A DNA stretch of 64,000 bases from a virus: positions 51,042 to 115,041 of IMG/VR virus record IMGVR_UViG_3300032516_000007. One strand, written 5' to 3'. Below are positions 1 through 8,415 of the stretch, piece after piece. The notes beneath the pieces were generated by a model that saw only the letters and a list, made by a program, of their open reading frames with translations, had not been told where the DNA came from and made no database searches. Positions within the stretch are counted from its first letter, which is position 1, and the number at the start of each line of letters is the position of its first letter. The position numbers and the translations under genes were made by a program.

Positions 1-2
1 AC

Positions 3-359
3 TTTCAGGGTCATGAATTATCTTTTCATAAGCACTGGGAAGCAGCTCGTCAGTTGATCAAGCAGGGTGCTGATCCAAAATCTGAGCATTTTGATAAGGT
101 TGGTAGGCACTACTATGGTAAGTACGTGGGCCTGAGACTTCGGGGGACCCGCAGGCTAGCAAGTCATGGTGAGAGGTATCCGGGCCGCCTGCCACTCCCA
201 GGGTCTGATGGCTCTGGGGGTCAGAGGTTGCTGGGTAGGCTATCCTCCATGGCTGATCATCTGTACCACACACCATCAGCAGTGAGGAGACTGAGAAACC
301 GAATTGCAAACTCTTCTGGTACTCCCAATTTCAGAAGAGAACGTGGTGCTTGGGAGTAG
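3..359 (+). CDS. 3' end of a hypothetical protein (truncated by window start)
   Basis: Frame is open from base 3 (FQGHELSFHKHWEAARQLIKQG...) to TAG at 357-359. Confidence 0.6.
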   Translation, partial: FQGHELSFHKHWEAARQLIKQGADPKSEHFDKVGRHYYGKYVGLRLRGTRRLASHGERYPGRLPLPGSDGSGGQRLLGRLSSMADHLYHTPSAVRRLRNRIANSSGTPNFRRERGAWE

Positions 360-381
360 ATAGAGAAGGAGTCTGATCAAC

Positions 382-852
382 ATGGCAAACAATCCATACG
401 CTGGTGCAGTTCCCCTCAATCTTCGTCCTGAGGAGACAAGTGAGGTGGTGGCCAAGTCCACCAGTTATCGTCCTGGGGAGGTCCATCCGATGACCTATCG
501 CCATCCTGCCCAGAATCCATCTTTGGGTCGAGAGGATGGGAACACTCCTCTTCGTCGCTACCCAAATGGTCTGCTGGATGTGGGCTATGTGGCGAGCTTC
601 ATCATTGAAGTGATCCACAAAGCTGAGTTGGGTGGCAATCTGACCAACTTCGAGAAGGCACTGCTGACCCTCATCCTGCCTGGTCATTTCCAGTTGATCG
701 ATGCTCAGATTGCTGCATCCTTCGCTCACCTGACTGATGAGGAGAAGCTTCTTCTGTCAGTCAAGGTCATGCGGCACTTCAATGAGGAGCTGAATTACAA
801 CGCTGGAGCGGGAGGCGGTAGTGTGCCCTTCCGTCATGTCACAAAAAGTTAG
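382..852 (+). CDS. hypothetical protein
   Basis: 156 aa ORF preceded by an AAGGAG RBS. Confidence 0.75.
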   Translation: MANNPYAGAVPLNLRPEETSEVVAKSTSYRPGEVHPMTYRHPAQNPSLGREDGNTPLRRYPNGLLDVGYVASFIIEVIHKAELGGNLTNFEKALLTLILPGHFQLIDAQIAASFAHLTDEEKLLLSVKVMRHFNEELNYNAGAGGGSVPFRHVTKS

Positions 853-1066
853 GCTTCAGATCCCTGACGATGTTCCTCTTGAGGAAGTCGTCAAGGCTCT
901 AGAGTCTGCCGCACGGGGGCTTCGCCAGGAACAGGAGGCGAAGCCCCTGTCAGGTATTGAAGATCGGAATCCAGCATCCAAGCACATGATGGAGTTCATC
1001 GATAGTTCCTACTTGACCATGGTGGATAGCTTGGCAAAGGAGATTGGGAAGGTTCTAGAATCATGA
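836..1066 (+). CDS. hypothetical protein
   Basis: Track ORF 821..1066; ATG 836 is the more likely start; ATGA overlap with the next ORF. Confidence 0.6.
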   Translation: MSQKVRLQIPDDVPLEEVVKALESAARGLRQEQEAKPLSGIEDRNPASKHMMEFIDSSYLTMVDSLAKEIGKVLES

Positions 1067-1236
1067 TCAGGAAGTTGCCATTGCGTCCCATCATGAAGTC
1101 CAAGCTCACCTCTGATGGTGAGCGGGTACTTCAGATTCTCCAGAGGGAATATCAGATGGAGCGTGAGGCGGCGGTTCGTTTGATGAGAGATGGCGGGGCC
1201 ATGTTGGCCCTGGCTATTGTGACTCGGAGTCGATGA
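1063..1236 (+). CDS. small hypothetical protein (57 aa)
   Basis: MIRKLPLRPIMKSKL...TRSR*; exactly fills the gap with ATGA overlaps at both ends; below the track size cut-off. Confidence 0.6.
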   Translation: MIRKLPLRPIMKSKLTSDGERVLQILQREYQMEREAAVRLMRDGGAMLALAIVTRSR

Positions 1237-1958
1237 TGTTTCTTTTCGTAGCTATTCACAAAAGTATCTATCCTGAGAGTTTGTTCATCAGGAAGGGAGA
1301 AGAGGAGGGAACTCTTAACCTGCGTGTTTCCAAACCTCAGAAGGTAGCCACACCCCCAAAGGTTAAGCAGCCTCGTGCTCCGACTGTGGGTGTTCCCTCT
1401 CAGGAAGTTCAGAAGCCATCAGCATCCCATCTGGAGAAGGTGTCAACGCCTCACCATCAGGCTGCCCAAGCTGAAGCTCTCATGAGGATGTCAACTCATG
1501 AGTACCAACGAACGGGACGTATGCAACATGCTTTGAAGGCACAGCGTTCCCAGGCGACTCTAGATCATTTTGCTTCCCAAGGTGTTGTACCAACACCCCA
1601 GCATCATGCTGATTGGGTTGATCACTATGGGGAGCATTCAGATAAATATGCAGGATCAAAAGTTCCTGTTATGTCCCGGTCCCGGTGGCACAAGATTTCT
1701 GGTGGGATTGAGTTTTCAGGACATGAACACGAACAGAAGCCAGCTTGGACAGAAGCTCAGCTACAGGCGGCTACTGCTCCTAAGCCTGAACCCCTACCCG
1801 CTTCTGATATTGGATTTGAGAGACCTGAGAAGGTATCTCGTCCGGAGGTTCAGGAAACCATTGGGTACATGAAGAAGATTCACAGTTTCAAGAAGAGTCT
1901 CATCAATGCTTTGCTGTTAAAGGCATTGAACCTGAGAAGGAGCATTTTGAGTTATTGA
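1233..1958 (+). CDS. putative internal head protein, His/Pro-rich
   Basis: 241 aa; N-terminal SLFIRK|G and C-terminal FKK|S and LLK|A motifs. Confidence 0.55.
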   Translation: MMFLFVAIHKSIYPESLFIRKGEEEGTLNLRVSKPQKVATPPKVKQPRAPTVGVPSQEVQKPSASHLEKVSTPHHQAAQAEALMRMSTHEYQRTGRMQHALKAQRSQATLDHFASQGVVPTPQHHADWVDHYGEHSDKYAGSKVPVMSRSRWHKISGGIEFSGHEHEQKPAWTEAQLQAATAPKPEPLPASDIGFERPEKVSRPEVQETIGYMKKIHSFKKSLINALLLKALNLRRSILSY

Positions 1959-1971
1959 ACAGGAGTGGAAC

Positions 1972-2607
1972 ATGAGACCCGACATGATTAGCCCCCGACG
2001 GCTTCGTCCTGCTAGTGACGGTTCACACAGTGAGCCCTTGTTTCGGATGACCAGGGAAGATCCCCATCGAGTGCTCAAAGGGATTGTGATTCCCCAGACA
2101 GTGCGTGGTCAGGTCAATGGAGTGATGCCTGGGGCGTCGGCTCCCCCGAAACCTCAGCCCTCTCTGTGGGTGATGAGGAAAGCGGATCCATCTCAACAGG
2201 AGATGATCCCTGGGGGTCTGGCTTCTGGGAAGGCTGATACAGCTTTCGATCCTGAAGCTCTCAAGGTGGGGATGAAGGTTGAGCTGGAGCATTCAGGCAA
2301 CGCCAAGCTGGCTCGGGAGATTGCCAAAGATCATCTGACCGAGGACCCTGATTACTACAAGAAGCTGGCCAAGATGGAAGCCAAGAAGGCTATGGGTGGG
2401 TTGGTGACGAAGTCCAAGGAAATGGAGGGCAAGAAGAGAAGTTGGATGCCCCCCACCGAGTACAGTCCCGAAGCCTATGGGAAGCCTCCTCATCCAGAGG
2501 GTCATGGGTTCATCAGTGGTGAGCCAATCGAGAAGATCAAGGAAAGGTTGGCAAAGTTGCAACCTCACCGTCCGAAGGGTACAGGGCAATTCAACCTCGA
2601 CGATTAG
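1972..2607 (+). CDS. DUF5661-like domain protein
   Basis: FDPEALKVGMKVELEH...AREIAKDHLTEDPDYYKKLAKME matches the DUF5661 pattern; AGGAG RBS. Confidence 0.75.
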   Translation: MRPDMISPRRLRPASDGSHSEPLFRMTREDPHRVLKGIVIPQTVRGQVNGVMPGASAPPKPQPSLWVMRKADPSQQEMIPGGLASGKADTAFDPEALKVGMKVELEHSGNAKLAREIAKDHLTEDPDYYKKLAKMEAKKAMGGLVTKSKEMEGKKRSWMPPTEYSPEAYGKPPHPEGHGFISGEPIEKIKERLAKLQPHRPKGTGQFNLDD

Positions 2608-2624
2608 GATGTTGGTTCTAGAAC

Positions 2625-3533
2625 ATGCCGATTCTGACGAGGCAGCAAGTTGAGAAGCTTGCTGAGATCATTGACCAGCACACCACCTGGTTCGTCTGGC
2701 GAGCTTTCGGTTCCCAGTACGTCAAGAAAGAAGATCTAGACAAGCTGAAGGCTAGTGGACTCCTGCCTATGGATGTGCAGGTGTCCACGATCAAGAATGC
2801 CTACGTTTTGGGTCGGCTGGAATCTCTGCTCAAGGAAAACGATTTCAGGAAGTTGACCTGGGTTCAGCTCCAAGAGGCAGCCAAGGGTCGCTTTACCTCT
2901 GTTGACAAGTTCCAGATCGAAGCGGCTGAGATGAGTGCCTTTACGAAGTTTCGTGGATTGGCTGACGACATCAAGAGTCGTCTCTACGATCGTTTGGCTC
3001 AGGCGACGAACAGCACTGTGACTGAAGCTCATGTGCGAGGGACGATCAAGGACATTGTTAAGGTTGGGGTTGAACTCAGCCAATCCTTCCAGAAGGTGGC
3101 CAGAGAGTTGGTGGAGGAGCTGAAGGAACCAACTCGAAATTGGACTCGTGTGGCTGCCACGGAGCTTCACACAGCGTGGCAACGGGGTGTGGTCAACACG
3201 ATCATTCAGAAGGTAGATCTGTACGAGGATTCTGAGGGCATTGATAGCAACGTCTTTGTTGATCATGACGATGATGCCTGTGAGGACTGCAAGAGGATCT
3301 ACAACGATCCCAAGACTGGTCATCCCAAGATCATGAAGTTGAGAGACCTTCTCGAGAACGAGGGATCCAACTATCAACGGCCATGGCGTCAGAATGCTAA
3401 GCCGGTTGTCCCTCCTCTGCATCCCCACTGCTATGGGCGTGTGATCTATGTTCCCCCAGGTTGGGGGTTCAAGGATGATGGTACGTTCACTCTGATCGAT
3501 CCCAAGGAAGCTTACCCGGAGCTGAACGAATGA
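2625..3533 (+). CDS. MuF / SPP1 gp7-like minor head protein
   Basis: RVAATELHTAWQRG, DDDACEDC and PPLHPHC motifs typical of MuF. Confidence 0.8.
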   Translation: MPILTRQQVEKLAEIIDQHTTWFVWRAFGSQYVKKEDLDKLKASGLLPMDVQVSTIKNAYVLGRLESLLKENDFRKLTWVQLQEAAKGRFTSVDKFQIEAAEMSAFTKFRGLADDIKSRLYDRLAQATNSTVTEAHVRGTIKDIVKVGVELSQSFQKVARELVEELKEPTRNWTRVAATELHTAWQRGVVNTIIQKVDLYEDSEGIDSNVFVDHDDDACEDCKRIYNDPKTGHPKIMKLRDLLENEGSNYQRPWRQNAKPVVPPLHPHCYGRVIYVPPGWGFKDDGTFTLIDPKEAYPELNE

Positions 3534-6346
3534 ATCACTTCATCAGCAAGACTATTAGGTACTATCATCCTTACTTACCAACTCACACCCTTCGTAAGGC
3601 TGAAGAGCCCGGTGAGTTCCGTGGTGGGGACCCCGAGGAGATGCGTCTGAAGAAGGAAGAAAAGCAAACTGAGCTAGGTGAATCTGGGGATGCTGGAGAA
3701 GATCAGGGTGGGGAAGAGCCAGATCCTGCCGATGTGGAGGAGGCTCAGCAGGCAGATCAGGATAAGTCAGAAGGGAAATCTGTCAGTATTGGGAAAGCGA
3801 TTACCACAGCCATGGGTGCGGTTGAGGCTTCTCCATGGCCACCCAACACAACGGATTATCCTTCCAAGGATCGGAATGGTAATCCAGTTCATGACAATGT
3901 GGACTTTCACTTTCGTGGGGTCAAACAGCCCTGGATTGAAGTGGGTCCCCCTCGTCAGGGTCCCAATCAGAAGAAGCCCTGGTCAGAGGTTCTGGGTCTT
4001 CCCCCATTGATGGCTCCTTCTGGACCTCCCTATTGGCGTCAGAAGCTTCTACAGGAACGAAGGGATGAGCTTGGGATGAGTCCCAGACCCAGGCTCATCG
4101 AACCTACTGATATGTACGCTATGCAGTCTGTGGCAAAGGCTTTCGATGATCTTCTAGAGAAGGCAAAGGCGACGCTTGGCGGGGAGTCTGCTGAACACCA
4201 CCCATATATTCCTGGATATAAGGATAAGATCAAAACACCTGTTTCTTTGAATGTTGATAGCTTAGATCATGTTCCTGAGCATATAAATAAACATGTCTCT
4301 AAGATTGTTGGTCCTCATTGGAAAGATCATATTCATAGATATGTCAAAGAAGTTAACAGTGGGGAGGGTTTAAGTTTTACTCCTTCTCCTGTTCTTCGAG
4401 CTATGGAAGATTGGATGGGAGGTGGTGGTAAGTTTCCACATAAACGAGGGGCAGGGCAGGCTATTGTGTCCAATGATGTAAAAGCTTTGAATCATCTGAC
4501 ACAACGTGCAGGTCATGCTGGGTGGCATCGGTCTGGTGTAGTTGCTGGAGTTTTATCCAGGATGCCTTTGAATCATGAAGCTATCAAACATCAAACTGGT
4601 GGTAGTATTCCAACGCATCTTTATCGTGGTAGTATGTATGTTCCCCATGCGGCAAAGGTTGGTGATGTTTTTCATCTTTCTCCATCTTCATTTAGTTCCG
4701 GTAAACTTGTGGAGCCATTCAAAGACTATCCAGGGCTTATGAAGATGAGGTTACCGTCCAGAGGATTTAGTTTGGGTAATCACAGTTTGTGGCCAGAACG
4801 GGAGGTACTTGTTTCTGGTCATTATAGAATCCATAATATATCTTATCCTCGTGGTCGTACTATGTTTCATGTTGAAGAGATTCCTCATGGTGAAGTTAAT
4901 AAAGCTATTGAGAATCAATCTCAGCATGAAATGAACCAATTTATAGCTTCTCATCCTTCTGAGATGGTGTCTGCTAAAGGAGCAGAGGATATTGAGCATG
5001 TGGGGAGGGGACTTGGAAAGAGAATGGCTCCCTGTCCCTACGGAGGGGGAATCGAATGCCTTCGGCATGGTGGAGATGGTGCTGATGCTCATTACCCATC
5101 ATTCCACCATAAACATGAAGATCAATCCCTGAGTCACGAAGATGTTCTCCATCAGGAAGCTGGAAAAGATCCTGGGGAACGAACACATAGCCTTAACCAG
5201 ATGCAGAAGAAGGCTCTTGTTGGGCATGTGATGTCCAGGTACGAAAGTGAAGGTACAGATCTAGATAACCCTGATACAAGATCGAAGTACATGAAGACAC
5301 TTCGGCATATTCACGGTTATTTGGGTAAAGACGCAGAGTCAAACGCATGGAGAAAGAAAGCCATTTCGGAGTGGAAGTCCAAGATTAGTCAGTATCATGG
5401 TTCAGAGGATCAAAAGCCAGAGGGTCACCTGGCCATGGAAGCTGCTGAGAAGCAGATCGATGTGACTTGTGATTTTTCAAGGGAAGTCGGTTGGGGTTCT
5501 ACAGATAGTAAAGAGTCAGATCTTCCAGAGAAGATGTTGGAGCAAGCATTTGGTAGGCAAATGAGGATTAGTGACTTTGAGAGGGCGTATACTGTCGATG
5601 ATGATAATCTAAAACTTCCAACTCCTGATGGTGGATATGGGGCAAATATTCATCACATCAACATTGTCGAAAAGGAACAGGGCCAGTACGAGATCAATGT
5701 GATGGGGTCTATTGATTATAGTTATGGTGAGGGTAGTGAGCGGGCAGCTACATTCGTTCGAGTGATTCACTGTTCTGTTGGTGGTAAGAAGAAGCAAGAT
5801 CGTTTCATTATGGTTCACCATGACAAGATATTTGTGCTAGATGCTGATCATAGTAAGGTTGGTGGGCATCAGAACTCTGGATTGAGTACGGATTTTCTCA
5901 AGCATAGTGTTATTGAATACCAGAAATGGGGGGTTAATCAGATCACAACAAGTCCGCACTGGGTGGGTAAGTACACTTGGGCTCGAATGGGATTCCAGTG
6001 GAATGAGGAGGCTGCTGCCACTGTGGGTCGCCATATGACCAAATTTTTGATCAGTCATTATGGGATGGAGAAGAAGGCTGCTGCAAAATTGGCGGCTAAA
6101 TTTGCTGATATGCCATCCAGATTTGCTGTCAAGACGCTTTCTAATCCTCAATTGACTGAAGATGGTCAGGCATTGTTTAGATCTTTCGAGAAGAGCGAGT
6201 ACAGATGCAAGCCAGAGGAGGTTGGGAAGGCATTCCTTCTTAGTGATGGTGGTAACCAAGTTTGGATGAATGGGGGCATGGTGGACATGTCTCGGAAAAC
6301 CAGTCCTAGTTACCGTCAATTGAGGAAGTATCTGGGTTTGAAGTAG
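3530..6346 (+). CDS. polyvalent protein: R-S-E ADP-ribosyltransferase domain plus C-terminal GNAT acetyltransferase
   Basis: LYRG (~4619), SSFSS (~4685) and EREVL (~4796) form an ART triad; HQNSGLSTDFLK...WGVNQI...VGKYTWARMGF is GNAT-like. Confidence 0.7.
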   Translation: MNHFISKTIRYYHPYLPTHTLRKAEEPGEFRGGDPEEMRLKKEEKQTELGESGDAGEDQGGEEPDPADVEEAQQADQDKSEGKSVSIGKAITTAMGAVEASPWPPNTTDYPSKDRNGNPVHDNVDFHFRGVKQPWIEVGPPRQGPNQKKPWSEVLGLPPLMAPSGPPYWRQKLLQERRDELGMSPRPRLIEPTDMYAMQSVAKAFDDLLEKAKATLGGESAEHHPYIPGYKDKIKTPVSLNVDSLDHVPEHINKHVSKIVGPHWKDHIHRYVKEVNSGEGLSFTPSPVLRAMEDWMGGGGKFPHKRGAGQAIVSNDVKALNHLTQRAGHAGWHRSGVVAGVLSRMPLNHEAIKHQTGGSIPTHLYRGSMYVPHAAKVGDVFHLSPSSFSSGKLVEPFKDYPGLMKMRLPSRGFSLGNHSLWPEREVLVSGHYRIHNISYPRGRTMFHVEEIPHGEVNKAIENQSQHEMNQFIASHPSEMVSAKGAEDIEHVGRGLGKRMAPCPYGGGIECLRHGGDGADAHYPSFHHKHEDQSLSHEDVLHQEAGKDPGERTHSLNQMQKKALVGHVMSRYESEGTDLDNPDTRSKYMKTLRHIHGYLGKDAESNAWRKKAISEWKSKISQYHGSEDQKPEGHLAMEAAEKQIDVTCDFSREVGWGSTDSKESDLPEKMLEQAFGRQMRISDFERAYTVDDDNLKLPTPDGGYGANIHHINIVEKEQGQYEINVMGSIDYSYGEGSERAATFVRVIHCSVGGKKKQDRFIMVHHDKIFVLDADHSKVGGHQNSGLSTDFLKHSVIEYQKWGVNQITTSPHWVGKYTWARMGFQWNEEAAATVGRHMTKFLISHYGMEKKAAAKLAAKFADMPSRFAVKTLSNPQLTEDGQALFRSFEKSEYRCKPEEVGKAFLLSDGGNQVWMNGGMVDMSRKTSPSYRQLRKYLGLK

Positions 6347-6354
6347 GGTGATCT

Positions 6355-7647
6355 ATGCTTAATTTGTTCGATGATCTAATGAAGGCGGCCCGTCGGGTAT
6401 CTCCATTCCCCGTTCCTCAAGGAATGACCCATGGAGATGTGCTTCGTCATCAAGCAATACATGTTCACCGTGCCGGGGGTCTTCCATCCTCCAGGGAGCA
6501 TCGATTAGCTCTACAGGCGAAACCATCACCTCTTACATCGGAGCATGTGGCAGAAACAGTATCAAAGAATAAACTTCTTCATCCTAAACATGTAACAGCA
6601 TTGATTGATCATGCTCATGATCATTTTAGTAGATTGTTGAGGACGCCTGGAAGGATGAATGAAGAATCTTACCATAAGGTAATGGAAACTCTTGGTGATG
6701 CTGTTAATGTTGCTCATGAGACTAAGCACCCAAAAAGAAATTCATTAAGGAACTTGCAGGCCAAAGCAATTAGGAATCATGTTGGTTCTTATTCTTATCC
6801 AGTAGTAAATACTAGATTCAAAAATATGGAAGGTGTTGTTTCGCATGTTACTCCAAATGGTTGGGCAGAAGCTAGAGAGAATACTCCAGCACACAAGTCA
6901 ACTCTTGGTCATTACACTTTGCATAATGTATTCAAAGATAAAGTAAATGATGCTGATCATTATTTACATGATTCTTTTAAGATGGATCATCCAGACTATA
7001 CGTCTAAGGTTAACGATTCTGCTTTGGAATTTGAATCAGATATTAGTTCAAAAGAACATCAAAGACGGAGTATTCAAAGTACACATTCTTGGCCACATAG
7101 GGTAACTGTATCGGGGGATATCGTTCACCATAGTGGAGGTTTGATTGGTCAATTTAGTAGAACTTTTGGAAGAGATGTCAATGGTGATCTTCGTGTAAAT
7201 CATGATGGTCTGAGCTTAGATAAAGAACATCAGGGATATGGTATTTCTAAGGCTCTTATGAAATCATCATTGGAGCACTATAGACAGATGGGAGTTAAGA
7301 CTGTTCACGTTGGGCCAGCCGATGTTGGAAGATACACGTGGGCCAAGATGGGATTCCATTGGGGTGAAGATGGGACAAGGCATGTCAAAAGGACGTTACC
7401 AAAGTTCTTAGTGGAGCATGGAGAGGATCCCAAGTCTGCTCAAGAGATTACTGATAGGCATGCTGACAAGCCATGGGAGATAGCTTCTCTTCATATCGGC
7501 GGGAGGCATGTTGGGAAGAAGTATTTGTTAAGAGGAGATGTTTCTGGGCAGAGTGGACCATGGGGGTACACTGGAGGTTCTTTGGAGTTGCATCCCGATA
7601 ACCCTGGATACCAACATATCAGCAAATACGTTGGATTGAATAGGTGA
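6355..7647 (+). CDS. His-rich protein with C-terminal GNAT acetyltransferase
   Basis: EHQGYGISKALM (QxxGxG-type acetyl-CoA loop), then MGVKTVHV and VGRYTWAKMGF; paralogous to the preceding gene's C-terminus. Confidence 0.75.
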   Translation: MLNLFDDLMKAARRVSPFPVPQGMTHGDVLRHQAIHVHRAGGLPSSREHRLALQAKPSPLTSEHVAETVSKNKLLHPKHVTALIDHAHDHFSRLLRTPGRMNEESYHKVMETLGDAVNVAHETKHPKRNSLRNLQAKAIRNHVGSYSYPVVNTRFKNMEGVVSHVTPNGWAEARENTPAHKSTLGHYTLHNVFKDKVNDADHYLHDSFKMDHPDYTSKVNDSALEFESDISSKEHQRRSIQSTHSWPHRVTVSGDIVHHSGGLIGQFSRTFGRDVNGDLRVNHDGLSLDKEHQGYGISKALMKSSLEHYRQMGVKTVHVGPADVGRYTWAKMGFHWGEDGTRHVKRTLPKFLVEHGEDPKSAQEITDRHADKPWEIASLHIGGRHVGKKYLLRGDVSGQSGPWGYTGGSLELHPDNPGYQHISKYVGLNR

Positions 7648-7652
7648 ATTGA

Positions 7653-8408
7653 ATGAAACGTCCAATGAAAGAATCGGCTTACGATTTAACTGATCTTGTT
7701 GATCAGGATAAATCTGGTGATATTCACTATTCTACTGATGGTACTAGAACCATGAATCATGAAGGGATGATTGATTGGGATCAAAGTACCGAAGCGATGG
7801 ACCTTGGTGACAGTCATCCAGAGGACAAAGTTGTTTTCGATTACGATGGCAATGTGATTCATGATCCTGAAATGGAGGGTCAGGTAGATGGTGGAGACGA
7901 GGAGCCGGAAGCTTCACCAGAAGAGGAGCTTCCTGGTGATTCTAGAACCACGGGAGAACCCACCAAGGAGCCTGCCATGGGAACTGAATCTCCAAATCCC
8001 CAGCCTACTCAACCGTTAATGGGGATAGCCGCTCAGGGGGGCCAAGAGGAGCCTCAGGAAGCTCAGGGGGAGCCCCAAGGGGGCCAGGAGACAACTCAGG
8101 GGGCTCAGGAAGAAGAGCAGACCCAGGAGGGTCAGGAGCCATCCCAGGAGGGTTCTGAGGAGCAGGGAGACCTTCTCTCAGTGGATGACCCTGCCCAGGC
8201 CCAGCAGCTCCTCCAGAACGCCGATAAGATGGACCGGCCTCACATGCTTCAGGTGGCTAAACTCATCTGGGGGGATGACTACGAGTTTGAGGACTGGATG
8301 ACGGACGATTACGTGCGAGCAGACCTGAAGGGGTCACTCGAGGATGTTCTCGAGAGCCATGAAGAGGGAGTTGCTCCTGTCGAAGGGGAAGACGAGGAAG
8401 AGGAGTAG
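7653..8408 (+). CDS. highly acidic hypothetical protein
   Basis: 251 aa, D/E/Q-rich low complexity with a folded-looking C-terminal segment. Confidence 0.7.
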   Translation: MKRPMKESAYDLTDLVDQDKSGDIHYSTDGTRTMNHEGMIDWDQSTEAMDLGDSHPEDKVVFDYDGNVIHDPEMEGQVDGGDEEPEASPEEELPGDSRTTGEPTKEPAMGTESPNPQPTQPLMGIAAQGGQEEPQEAQGEPQGGQETTQGAQEEEQTQEGQEPSQEGSEEQGDLLSVDDPAQAQQLLQNADKMDRPHMLQVAKLIWGDDYEFEDWMTDDYVRADLKGSLEDVLESHEEGVAPVEGEDEEEE

Positions 8409-8415
8409 ACCGAAG

